A stretch of DNA of 64,000 bases from Dehalococcoidia bacterium (GTDB lineage Bacteria > Chloroflexota > Dehalococcoidia > Lucifugimonadales > UBA3495). Below are positions 1 to 10,080 of the stretch, in pieces. The DNA is taken from assembly GCA_965261885.1 (NCBI GenBank), contig CBDHDY010000039.1, positions 10,802-74,801 on the forward strand, written 5' to 3'. The translations under genes and the position numbers were made by a program. The number at the start of each line of letters is the position of its first letter. The stretch's first letter is position 1. Below the pieces are notes generated by a model. That model worked only from the letters and a program-made list of their open reading frames with translations. It was not told the DNA's origin and made no database searches.

Positions 1-66
1 AATCCCTTTCAACTCGACCTCACTTCCACAAGACTTCGCGGAACCGACTGATCTAGTCAGTGAGAC

Positions 67-184
67 TAGTAGTCTGAAATCTTTGTAATGATGGGTTGAT
101 TGGTAGGGTGCCGTTGCCCGGACATACTGCGAGCATGCAAACAGTTGCCGAGCAACCCGCCACTTCAAGGATGTTTGGCTACTA
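67..184. mobile_element. MITE family A copy 1 (non-autonomous derivative of IS630 lineage A)
   Basis: Imperfect TIRs TAGTAGTCTGAAATCTTTGTAATG / CACTTCAAGGATGTTTGGCTACTA resemble the end of the IS630 at 4124-5359 (CATTTCAAAGATGTTGGACTACTA). The first ~60 bp are nearly identical to 2759-2888. No ORF. Confidence 0.75.
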
Positions 185-332
185 AACCAAAGCAACGGTG
201 AAATGCGCATTTGAAGAGTACCTGGCCACGGGGGCGGACTGACTTCACCGTGCGGACGGGAGAGCTTTACTTGGCAGCGCTGACTTGCTCTCGGCATTTT
301 AGGAGTGTAGATCCCACCGTGGCTTTAGTTTA
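183..332. mobile_element. MITE family B copy 1 (150 bp, IS630 lineage B termini)
   Basis: Ends TAAACCAAAGCAACGGTGAAATGCGCAT and ATCCCACCGTGGCTTTAGTTTA match the TIRs of the IS630 at 2887-4125. TA at both ends. Confidence 0.8.
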
Positions 333-711
333 GTCTGCTTGGCGCGATTGGCCGAGGCCTGCGAAGGAGGTTCTTCCTCTTATCTAACTTGGAGAATCTG
401 CTCATCCGCTGCGAGTTCCTGCGGGTGAGTATGCACCCCAGAGCCTTCAAGTCTCTTTTGGCACCGGGAAAGGCATGGCAGTTCCTGAACGAATTGCTCG
501 ATTCGCCTGGATTTAGTTTGCTGCGCCCCACAGAAAGCCACCGAGCTGTGTTAGCGCAATCATTGGCGGAGTTGCCGGAAATCCGGGGCAACATATTGCA
601 CTACCTTCACACGGCGGTGCTGATGCGGTAGAACAACATCGACCGCATCTGCACCCTCGACCGCGACTTCCGGAGCTTCCCATTCCTGGCCGTCGTCGAC
701 CTCCTCGGCTA
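333..711 (+). pseudogene. vapC: VapC-family PIN toxin pseudogene
   Basis: EFLRVSMHPR...LAELPEIRGNILHYLHTAVLMR*NNIDRICTLDRDFRSFPFL is a PIN-domain pattern. In-frame TAG at 629-631, a frameshift near 390, and no 5' end (MITE at 332). Confidence 0.8.
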
Positions 712-725
712 GTGGCGCGACGCCC

Positions 726-1472
726 CTACTGCGCCACCCAGCCGCCGTCGATCACCAGCTCGCTACCCGTCACGAACGACGACTCGTCCGACGCCAGGTA
801 CAGCACCCCGTACGCCACGTCGATGGCCTCGCCGTACCGCCCCAGCGGTATCCGCGACTCCATCAGCGTCTGCACCGCAGGGTCCGACCGCCGTCCCTCC
901 GTCATCGGCGTAACGATCGGCCCCGGATGCACCGAGTTGCACCGTATGCCGTCCGCTGCGTACTGCAGCGCCGTCGATTTGGTCAGGAGCCGCACCGCGC
1001 CCTTGGACGCGATGTACTGCGGGCTGGACTCGCTCATCGCCACGATGCCCAGCTGCGACGAGATGTTGATGATCGACCCGCCGCCCGCCCGCTGCATCGC
1101 CGGAATGGCCTCTCGAGTGCCCAGGAACACTCCCTTGGCGTTGACCGACATCACCCGGTCCCACTCCTCAACGGTCGTGTCCTCGATGCCGCCCACGGCG
1201 CTGACCCCGGCGTTGTTCACCAGGATGTCCAGCCGCTTGTAGACCTCTTCTGCCATGGACACCGCCCGGCGCCAGTCCTCCTCCTTGGTGACGTCCAGCC
1301 GCACGAAAATCGCCTGCCCGCCGGGTATCTGCGCGGCCACTTCCCGTCCTTCACCATCCAGCACGTCCCCGATCACCACCTTAGCCCCCTCCCGGGCGAA
1401 TAGCAGCGCCTCCTCCGCGCCCATCCCGCGGGCGCCGCCACTGATCAGAGCAACCTTTCCTTCCAAACGCAT
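726..1472 (-). CDS. SDR family NAD(P)-dependent oxidoreductase
   Basis: SGGARGMG Rossmann motif, NNAG, catalytic YIASK (YxxxK), IRCNSVHPG, DGGW C-terminus. 248 aa. Confidence 0.95.
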   Translation of the reverse strand: MRLEGKVALISGGARGMGAEEALLFAREGAKVVIGDVLDGEGREVAAQIPGGQAIFVRLDVTKEEDWRRAVSMAEEVYKRLDILVNNAGVSAVGGIEDTTVEEWDRVMSVNAKGVFLGTREAIPAMQRAGGGSIINISSQLGIVAMSESSPQYIASKGAVRLLTKSTALQYAADGIRCNSVHPGPIVTPMTEGRRSDPAVQTLMESRIPLGRYGEAIDVAYGVLYLASDESSFVTGSELVIDGGWVAQ

Positions 1473-1521
1473 ATCGTCATCCCTCCAGATAGCTTCCGTA
1501 TCGGCACCAGAATTGCTTTAG

Positions 1522-2724
1522 GGATATTCTGAACAAGCCTTTTTTACTCGAGACATGTCGGACGTGGCAGCGGAGGGGGCGGCGGCCGCGGTCTGGGCGC
1601 TCTTTACCGCCGCTCAGCCCCTTGCGTTTAGTCCCTGATAGGGCGTCAGGGAGCTTGGTACAGGCCGGAAGACTGGCCGGGAAGGCCGCTGGGCGCACTA
1701 CCCCCTCAGTCGTCCCTCCGCCGCCAGCAGGTTGCCCAGGCCGAACAGCAACGCCAGGCGCTCCGTGTTCTTGGCCAGCCCCCGGTAGCGCACCTTGCCG
1801 TATTCGAACAGCCGCTTCAACCGCAGGAACGGATGCTCCACTTTAGCCCTCACCGATGCCTTCGCTTTCTCCAGCAGCGCCTCATCACTCCCAGGATCGA
1901 GTCCCCGGCGTTTCCCCGGACGCATCGCCACCCGCCAGTCCACATCCAGTCCCAGGTTCTCCTTCCGCTTGTGTACTCCCTGATAACCTGCGTCTCCCCA
2001 GACCACTGTCTCGCCACCGTGCAGCAGGTTGTGGGCCTCCATAATGTCATGCACGTTGGCCGCAGTCGCCGTCATGCTGTGCACTATCCCCGTCTCACAG
2101 TCCACCCCGATATGCGCCTTCATCCCGAAATGCCACTGGTTCCCCTTCTTGGTCTGGTGCATCTCAGGGTCCCTCTCCCTGGCCTGGTTCTTGGTCGATG
2201 ACGGAGCTTCGATGATGGTGGCGTCCACGATGGTTCCCTCTCGCAACCTCAGCCCTTGGGAGTCCAGGTGGGCGTTGATTTCCTCCAAGAGGCCCTGCCC
2301 CAGGCTGTGGTTTTCCAACAGATGACGGAAGTGCAAAATCGTGGACTCGTCGGGCAGGGGACCGGAGAGCTTCAGTCCTGCGAACCGCCGCACCGGCTCG
2401 GACTCGTAGAGCAGGTCCTCCATTCCGGGGTCGCTGAGGTTGTAGAAGAGCTGGACGCAGTGGACCCTGAGCATGACCGGTAGCGGGTAAGGGTGGCGGC
2501 CCTTGCCAGCCTTGGGATACACGGGGCGGATGCGGCCCTCCAAGCTCTGCCAGGGAATCAGACCGTCCATGCGCTCCAGGAAGAGTTCACGGCGGGTCTT
2601 GCGCTTCTTGCCCTGATATTCCAGGTCGGCAAAGGTGGGCTGGTCCATACAACCTCGTAACCGATCAGCATCGGGCTATTCAGCCTAACTATGCCACATG
2701 GCCGCCCACTTGTTCAGAGTATCC
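1522..2724 (-). mobile_element. IS5-family insertion sequence, apparently complete
   Basis: 16-bp TIRs GGATATTCTGAACAAG (1522-1537) / CTTGTTCAGAGTATCC (2709-2724), flanked by TTAG/CTAG (YTAR target). Confidence 0.9.
1698..2648 (-). CDS. IS5 family transposase
   Basis: IVDATII, RDPEMHQTKKGNQWHFGMKAHIGVD, GDAGYQG, RAKVEHPF motifs. 316 aa, intact. Confidence 0.95.
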   Translation of the reverse strand: MDQPTFADLEYQGKKRKTRRELFLERMDGLIPWQSLEGRIRPVYPKAGKGRHPYPLPVMLRVHCVQLFYNLSDPGMEDLLYESEPVRRFAGLKLSGPLPDESTILHFRHLLENHSLGQGLLEEINAHLDSQGLRLREGTIVDATIIEAPSSTKNQARERDPEMHQTKKGNQWHFGMKAHIGVDCETGIVHSMTATAANVHDIMEAHNLLHGGETVVWGDAGYQGVHKRKENLGLDVDWRVAMRPGKRRGLDPGSDEALLEKAKASVRAKVEHPFLRLKRLFEYGKVRYRGLAKNTERLALLFGLGNLLAAEGRLRG

Positions 2725-2758
2725 CTAGCCCGTTGCTGATAGCGCTGTCAGGAAGTCC

Positions 2759-2888
2759 TAGTAGCCCGAAATCATTGTAATGATGGGTTGATTGGTACGG
2801 GGCCGTTGCCCGGACAAACCTGGCTCACGGAATCGATGGCCAAGCAATCCGGCATTTCACCTATCATTTCAAGGATGTTGGTCTACTA
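2759..2888. mobile_element. MITE family A copy 2
   Basis: TAGTAGCCCGAAATCATTGTAATG ... CATTTCAAGGATGTTGGTCTACTA. Homologous to 67-184. Confidence 0.75.
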
Positions 2889-4125
2889 AACTAAAGCCAA
2901 GGTGAAATGCGCATTCGCCTGAGGCGGGGAATTTGGCGGGGAATTTGGCAGGAGTGCTTCGGCCCTTGACTGCAGGACCGTCCGGCAGCGGCGCCTCACC
3001 TCGTCTCTCCGGCTGACCAGTCCGGCCAGGAAGTTGCCGACCCTCTGCTGCACCAAGGCCTTGGTCCCCAGACACAGATTTCCAGTGGCCTCCTCTCTCG
3101 CCCAACCCCAGATGGCCTCATCGGCATTGAAGTCCGGGCTGTAGCCCGGCAGGTTCATTAACCTCAGCTCCAGCTCAGGCGTCCTGAGGTACTCCCGCAC
3201 CGCCTCCCCACGATGCGCCGGCGCGTTGTCCCAGATCACATTCAGCGGTCCAGCGTGCCCCTTCCTCAACTGGTCCAAGAAGGCCGCCGAGGTCCCGGAG
3301 TTGCTGTTGCCCTCCAGTTCCATCCACTCCACCTCACCGGTCTCCAGGCACACCGCCGAGTAGTAGCTGGCCTTCTCCCCATACCGCGGGCTGGTGGAGT
3401 CAACCAGAGCCGGTTCACCCTTCAGCACCCACTTGCCCCGCAGTTCCGCGTCCGCCCGGAAGTGGGCCTCATCAGCAAAGAATATTCTGGCTTCAGTCCG
3501 TTGAGCCTCCTCCCACAGGGCGGAGTACTCCTCCACGAATGACTTCCGCTTGGCCTCGTCCGCCTTGAGCAGCCGCTTCTTGGGCCGCTTGAAGGCAAAC
3601 CCCAAGCGGTGCAGCCAGTTCAGGCAACTGCTACGGCTCAAACTGGTGCCGAATCGTTCCCAGACAAACTGCCGGACTCCTTTCCAGTACCAGTTGGCCA
3701 GTTGGATACCTGCCTGCTCCGGCAACTCCTGCACCGCCGCCTTCAACTCCTCCCGCTGCCTCTCGTCAAGCGCGGGGGGGAACCCCCGGACTGCTCGAAT
3801 ATCAGGGCCGCAGGCCCTCCCTCGCCGAAGGCCGACGCCCACCGGCCGATGGTGTGTGGGTCCCGCTCCAGCGCCTCCGCCGTCGCCGCTGCCGTCCAGC
3901 CCTGGGCCAGCAGCCAGACGGCGTACCACCGCTCCCGCTCCCGGGGCGTGGGCGCCAGGATCATCCGCCGGCGCAAGGCCTTGGCATCCATCTCCCATTG
4001 TTCCAAATCCCGATGTATCTCTCTCGCACCCATCACCAACCCCTCTCTGACGCCTGGAAAAGCTAACTCTGCCCCTTCGCCAATTTACCCCATGTTTCTG
4101 CGCATTTCACCTTGGCTTCGGTTTA
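2887..4125 (-). mobile_element. IS630 family element, lineage B (transposase in two frames, ~2886-4039)
   Basis: 27-bp TIRs TAAACYRAAGCCAAGGTGAAATGCGCA at both ends. HTH ORF 3743-4039 plus catalytic ORF (FFADEAHF, VIWDNAPAH, PGYSPDFNADE) joined by a frame change at a C7 run near 3773-3779. Confidence 0.9.
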
Positions 4126-5359
4126 GTAGTCCATCAGTGTTGTATTGGTGGGTAGAGGGACTTGAGCTTGATGCGGGCATCCTCGGTGGTGAAGCGCCAG
4201 TCCACCCGTATTGCGTCCCGGTTGCGCTGTTGCTGCCACGCTCCCACCTCCCGCCGCAGAGCGCTTTGGTCGGGAATACGGCGGTTCAGGCATTGCCGGG
4301 CCATCACCCCGATTTCGATCTCCGCCATATCCAGCCAACTGCCATGCTTGGGAGTGTAATGGACCTCCAACCGTTCGGCGATGCGCCGCGCTTCGGCAGG
4401 CTCAAAGGCTTCATACAATGAGGCTGGGTGGTGGGTGTTCAAGTTGTCCATCACCAGCACAATACGGTCCTTGTGCGGGTAGTCCTCGTCCACCAGTTGC
4501 TTGACCACCCGGGCCCAATCGGCTTTCGTGCGCCGGTCCGTCACTTCCACCCGGCGCCACCCTTCCAGCGGAGCGAACAACATGAAGAGGTTGCTCACCC
4601 CGTTGCGCTCGTATTCATAATCGTAGGAGCCCGCCGCCCCAGGCCGGGCCGGACGCGGCCGGCGCGTCTCTTTCACCTGTTGCTTGCTGGTCTCGTCCAG
4701 ACAGACCAGAACTTCGTTGTCCCCATACTGGCGCTGATAGACTTCCAGCACGTCTTCCATCGCACAGACGAACTCGGCGTTGCCTTGCGGCGGGATGCAC
4801 CAGCACTCTTTCAGCCAAGGCTTGAGTTCGTTTTTTTGAGCGTCTGGCGCACCGTTTCAGTGCTGATGCTCTCCACTACCTCGCATTCGACCAGCCGGTC
4901 GGCCAATAGTTTCAGTGTCCAACTCGCCCGGCCCTCCGGCGGTTCTCCGCAGGCCAAGGCAATCAGGTGGGCTTCCCCTTGACCGTCCAACCGCTTCGGA
5001 CGCCGGTTAACCTGGCGCTTTCGTCCCAGCGCCGCCTCAATCCCTTCCTCTACGCAGCGCCGGCGCACCCGTTCCACCGTCGCACGGCCAATCTGGAGAA
5101 CCCGGGCAATGTCTTCATCCTTCATGGCCCCGTCCACTTGGGCCTCATCACTCAGCAGCAGGACGCGCCCGTGGGTCTGCTTGTAAGCCGCCCCCCGGCC
5201 ACCGGACACCAATGTCTTCAGTTCCTGCCGCTCCTCCGCACTCAGCTTGACCCGGTATCTCTTCATCGCCATCCCCTCCTCACACGTCCCAATCCTCTTC
5301 GCCCTATGCTTGGTACAATACACTTGGTCAGTACTCATTTCAAAGATGTTGGACTACTA
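4124..5359 (-). mobile_element. IS630 family element, lineage A (orfA 4811-5338, orfB 4134-4760)
   Basis: TAGTAGTCCA termini. HTH orfA and DDE orfB (CLDETSKQ, VMDNLNTH, TPKHGSWLDMAEIE) overlap at an A7 slippery run (T7 on + strand near 4831-4837), typical of -1 frameshifting. Confidence 0.9.
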
Positions 5360-5360
5360 G

Positions 5361-5886
5361 GGGCCATCGGTTGGACAAGATCAAGCCACAATTAAGTGGG
5401 CCTCCTGCACTCCTTCGTATGATACCAAGACCCGTGCTGATCTTCACCGAGTGATCCTGGAGTATCTGCGTGAACTCGCGGCTGGTGAACTGGCTTCCCT
5501 GGTCGGTGTTGAATACGTCGGGCGTTCCCTGGTTCAGGGCCTCACCCAGCGCCTCGGCACCAAAGCCGGTCTCAAGAGTGTTGGACAATCGCCAGGCCAC
5601 CACGTACCGGCTGTGCCAGTCCATGATGGCCACCAGGTACAGGAATCCCCTGGCCATGGGCAGGTAGGTGATGTCAGCCGCCCACACCTGGTTCGCCCCG
5701 GGTGATCGTCAGATCCCTCAGCAGGTAGGGATAGACCCAGCGTCCCGCCGCTGGTAGGCTGGTGCGAGGCTGCCGGTAGATAGCCCGCAGTCCCACATCA
5801 GTCTCATGAGCCGCTGCACCCGCTTCCGGCTTACCGGCATGCCCTGCCGCTCCAGCGAAGCCTTCATCCGCCTGGAACCGTAGAAA
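5361..5886 (-). pseudogene. IS3-family transposase remnant (integrase core) with right end
   Basis: YGSRRM...SRKRVQRLMR, WAADITYLPMARGFLYLVAIMDWHSRYVVAW, FNTDQGSQFTS. Internally deleted, frameshifted, and cut by IS1182 at 5887. Confidence 0.85.
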
Positions 5887-7591
5887 GAGCCTGTCTCAAT
5901 AAATCAGGAGTAATGAGGAATTGGAAGGCTTGAGAGGTCGATAGCCACCCATTGACCTTCCCATGACCAGGCAGAGATCGGGGATGGGTAGAACAGCGTG
6001 GATGAGCACGTGTCATCGACACGATTCACCAAGCGCGGTGAGGTTCCGGGGGCCACGGAGAGGGACACTGCGACCGTCCAAATACCTGGTCGAATATGCG
6101 GGAGCGCCACACTCGGCAAAGGGTTCTCAGGTTGAACGCTGTGGCCAATACGGTCCACTCGGCCGCCACGTTGAGCAGACCTCGTAAGAGGAACCTGCGG
6201 CCCGCTTGTTGCTCCTTGATAATCCCGAACACCGGCTCGACCACCTGCTTCCTCAGTTTGTAAACCTTTGTGGCCGCCGAGGTGGCCATCCAAGTGCGGT
6301 GACGCCGTAGTGCCGCGTCGTTCGGTCCAATGGTTACGTTGCGGCCATCCTTGCTTTTCGTACACACCCCAAAGGCAGGGCACGCTCGGCAGACGGCACC
6401 GGGTGCCTGGTAAAACCGGTAATGGACTCCGTTGGGGGGTATGTGGATACGCTTGAATGGGAGCACCTTTCCCTGGGGACACATGAAACTGTCGTTGCTC
6501 TCATCGTAGGCGAACCGGTCCTTGTGGTACGGATGATCTCGAGACTGTCGCCGCGATGACTCCGGCATGGCCACCGCCTGGCCCCTGCCAGCGCAATCCT
6601 CCAAGTTGGTCCCCGAGTAATATCCGGCGTCAGCCAAAGTCATCGGCACTTTGGACCCCGTAGTCTCCTCGGCCTGCTCCAGCATCGGGGTAAAGGATGT
6701 GTGATCGTCCGGTTCATCTACGAGGCCCACTGCAGTAATCAACATCCCATTCAGGTCCCCCTCCGCCGTTACGGGTGAGACCATTGCCTGACCGTTGTAG
6801 CTGGGCACAATGCCCTGCCGCGTCTTCATCAACCGTGCATCCTTGTCAGTCAGGTTGATGTGCTTGAGACTTTCCTGGCTGGCCAGGTCGTCCATCGCCT
6901 GCCTCACCTGTTCTCTCAGGGCTCTTTTGTCGGCCAACTCTTCCGGCAGATGGACGGCCGGGGTATCCTCTCCAGCCTCGTTCTGAGCCTCAAGGTCGGC
7001 TATCGCCTTCTCCAGCCGGTTCAGCAAGCGGCCTCCCCTCTCGGCGTCGTAGGTTCTGTCTCTCGTGGCGTTGGCTGCCACTTTCGACCCGTCCACCGCC
7101 TGCACCGCCAGATCAACCAACTCCATCGCCACGGCCGTGCGTACGGTGCGCTTGAACAACTCCCTCATAGCCTGCCGGTGAGCCTTGTAGAACCGCCATA
7201 GGGTGTTGTGGTCGGGATGTTGCCAGCCAGTCAACCATAGATACGGTATCTGATCCCGGCACGCCGCCTCCAGCTTCCGGCACGAGCGCATCCCAGTCAT
7301 GAACCCGTATAGCCACACGCAAAGTAGCGCGCGATGGTGATAGGCTGGCGCTCCCCGAGGGTCCCCTTCTATTCCCACGCCAAGCTCCGCCCAACCCTCC
7401 CGGTCCAACCCGTCAACGAACTCGGCTACGAACCGCCCAGGATGGTCCAACGGCAACAGCTCGTCCAAAGACGGCGGCAAAAGCCATATCTGCTCCCGGT
7501 CCATATCTCGAAGCGGCATCTTATCGGCACCCCCACCAGGCTTGCCCAGAGTCTACACCCCAACCTACCTCCTGATTTCTGAGACAGGCTC
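5887..7591 (-). mobile_element. IS1182 family insertion sequence
   Basis: TIRs GAGCCTGTCTCA(AT/G)AAATCAGGAG at 5887-5910 and 7569-7591. Confidence 0.9.
6026..7519 (-). CDS. IS1182 family transposase
   Basis: LLPPSLDELLP, PDHNTLWRF, AVDGSKVAANA, TDKDARLM, LADAGY, RKQVVEPVFGIIK. 497 aa, intact. Confidence 0.93.
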   Translation of the reverse strand: MPLRDMDREQIWLLPPSLDELLPLDHPGRFVAEFVDGLDREGWAELGVGIEGDPRGAPAYHHRALLCVWLYGFMTGMRSCRKLEAACRDQIPYLWLTGWQHPDHNTLWRFYKAHRQAMRELFKRTVRTAVAMELVDLAVQAVDGSKVAANATRDRTYDAERGGRLLNRLEKAIADLEAQNEAGEDTPAVHLPEELADKRALREQVRQAMDDLASQESLKHINLTDKDARLMKTRQGIVPSYNGQAMVSPVTAEGDLNGMLITAVGLVDEPDDHTSFTPMLEQAEETTGSKVPMTLADAGYYSGTNLEDCAGRGQAVAMPESSRRQSRDHPYHKDRFAYDESNDSFMCPQGKVLPFKRIHIPPNGVHYRFYQAPGAVCRACPAFGVCTKSKDGRNVTIGPNDAALRRHRTWMATSAATKVYKLRKQVVEPVFGIIKEQQAGRRFLLRGLLNVAAEWTVLATAFNLRTLCRVWRSRIFDQVFGRSQCPSPWPPEPHRAW

Positions 7592-8867
7592 GGACTGCGG
7601 TCTCGCCCCGGATCCTCGAGGGGCTCTGGCCCGGACCGTCCAGTAGCGACCGCTCCCAACGCGACGGGGATTCAACCGGTGCCGAGATGTTGACGCACGG
7701 GAGAGCATGACCGTGGCCCACGTGCATGCCGAGGTGGAGAAGACCCCGCTGAGCGCAGCCGGCGGCCACCGAACCGCGGTCAGACGGTTCCCAACAGAGG
7801 GCCGGAGCATACCTGAGGAACCCGGCGGCCGATCCGCGGCGGGTGAGCTGCTCCGGGCCGCCCTGACCCTTGCCGCAGCCAGCGCCCACGCAGCACTGCA
7901 GGCAGAACAGCTGCGGGAGGCCGCCACAGCACCGGACAGGGAGTGGCCCCGGCCACGCGGAACCCCCGAATTCACTGCCGGCGCACCCACAGGCAGGAAT
8001 GATTGACGCCCATCAATCGTGCCGGCCCGCCCGTTATTGCAGATACACGGCACATCCGCAATGGAACCGGCCCTTATTGCACGTTCCGCAGTTACGGGCC
8101 GGTGCAGACTGCACCGAGATTGCCTGCAGCGGCCTGACGGAGTCCCAATCATCCCGCGGGGGCGAGCGCTGCTCCGGATCCCGGTTGCGGCTTCCAGAGC
8201 TCGGATGACCGGATTCACGTCGGCGGCTCCGGCCACATCACCCGGCCCTGCCACCCCTGCGGTATGTTGATGAACTGCCCGAGCCAGCCGACAAGCTGGT
8301 GCAAGCACCCACGCGCCACCCTGGCATCAACCCCACAGCCGGTTCGCGGACGTCAGTCCGTGATGCCCGGACAGGACAGATTGCCGATCACGGGAACTCG
8401 CCCAAGGAACGGCCATTGCCGACATGGCCGGGTTTGAGGAAGGGGTGGCCCGCCAAGACCCTGTTCCCAGCATCTCCGATACCCTGCGGAGATGCGGTGA
8501 CGTAGGAATCAACGCGACCACATCTCGAAACCCGGCCATTCTCGTAGGCCAGAAGTAATCACAAGCCGTGTGCGAGCTACGTAGTAGTAGTAGTCTCATA
8601 TTTATATTGGGAATGAATCAATTGTTATTACTATGACTACGAAAGTACATGGCCTGGAAACGGCTGTTCATAATGATGAAACCACAACCTGCATCTCGTG
8701 AAAGGCTGCAGTTGGGATGGGGACGTGCGCACACTGCGCCATCTGGGGTTGATAGAGGTTTGAGTCACCCTGGTGAATCCCGGGCTGGGTTCCGTTTGCT
8801 TGTGGGGTATGGCTAGGCCCCGACGCGAATTTATCCATGTAGCCAAATTCCACGAGGTTGTACGACT

Positions 8868-9563
8868 ATGAAGAATCTTGTCTCCATAGCACTGTTGTTG
8901 CTTGGAATCCTGGCGGCGGGCGCAGCTTGTGCACCAGCCACTGAGGGAGTACCTGTAACGAAGGGCGTTGGGTTGGTTGAAGAATCGGTGGACATAGACG
9001 ACCCAGATGAACCGACCCGACCTCGGCCAACCCCGTTTAACACGCTCGCCCCAGAGGAAATACCGGAAGGAGTTTCCCCGGGTTTGGCGATGGATGCCCA
9101 ATATTACGCCGAAGCCCATGGCGTTGAATTGTTGGAGGCAATCAGGCGGATAACACTGCAAGAGCCAATCGGGAAGTTGGGAGCAACCCTCGAATCCAAT
9201 GAGGCCGGCACCCTCGGGGGTTTCTGGATTCAGCACGAACCAGAGTACCGCGTCGTGGCGGCGTTCACCAAGGATGGGGAAAAGACAATGGCCAAGTATG
9301 TCCAAGACGGGCCACTGTTGGACCTTATCGAGGTCAGGACAGTCGATGCGACCCTCAAGGAATTGAAACGAGCCCAACAGAAAGCTGGCTCGATAGTCAG
9401 AGGACTGGGGTTTCAAGCGGCATCCGGCATCAACGTATTCGAGAACCGAGCCGAAATTTACGTGCAGGATCTTGCACAGTTCGAAGAGGCCTTGGAAAAG
9501 AGTGGAAAGACGCTTCCGGAGCATGTCCGCATTTTTGAGCAGGGACTTCTAATAGAAGAATAG
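8868..9563 (+). CDS. Putative lipoprotein resembling an alpha-lytic/S1 protease pro-region, without a protease domain
   Basis: Signal peptide with lipobox-like LAAGAAC. YAEAHGVELLEAIRRI...GGFWIQHEPEYRVVAAFT...V.TVDATLKEL...SGINVFENR resembles actinobacterial S1 protease propeptides. Stops at 231 aa. Confidence 0.6.
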   Translation: MKNLVSIALLLLGILAAGAACAPATEGVPVTKGVGLVEESVDIDDPDEPTRPRPTPFNTLAPEEIPEGVSPGLAMDAQYYAEAHGVELLEAIRRITLQEPIGKLGATLESNEAGTLGGFWIQHEPEYRVVAAFTKDGEKTMAKYVQDGPLLDLIEVRTVDATLKELKRAQQKAGSIVRGLGFQAASGINVFENRAEIYVQDLAQFEEALEKSGKTLPEHVRIFEQGLLIEE

Positions 9564-10080
9564 ACCTTTTGACAGAAGAGGTTGCAGGGATACTACGAAG
9601 GGCCATACCCCATAAGCAAACGGAATACCGGGCTGAACTCACTACGCGTGGAATAGTGGTTTCCACTCTGGATGTCCATGTCCCTGGAATACCGTGAACT
9701 GCACCCTCCGGCTCACTCCTTTTCCTCGTCGCACATGCGCTCGATCCTTAGGTGCCACACGATGATTGTCGTGCCTCCCTCACTGGGTGGCGCACCTGTT
9801 GCAATAAACGCCATTCTTGGCCGGGTGTCCACACGTCCGGCAGCCGTGTCTGTCGACCGTGGAGCTGCAGATTCCCATCCCCCCGTCGCAGTTGGAACGC
9901 CCGTGGACGCGCGTCCCATCGGTGGGGGTCAGGAGGGCGCGAGCAGGGAGTTTCCGGCGTACTCCTCGTTGAGACTGGCGCCGCACCAGGAGCATATTGA
10001 GATCGACCTGTGAATGTCGCGGTAGTCAGCCAGGGCAGGCTGGAGCGTCCAGTATTGGGTGAACTCCACCTCGGCGAAGG

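Noticed and set aside
712-1403. Long alternative-frame ORFs over real genes (e.g. 712-1242, 8637-9524, 29479-30288, 31327-32187, 50066-50787, 52715-53560)
   Set aside because: Shadow ORFs of GC-rich coding DNA, with no recognisable motifs.
7592-8560. ORFs 7707-8006, 7565-8308 and neighbours
   Set aside because: Low-complexity Ala/Arg/Pro translations with no family signal; cannot support a call.
9672-10080. Cys-rich short frames on the minus strand
   Set aside because: Fragmentary, cut by the IS481-like end, with no clear start or RBS.
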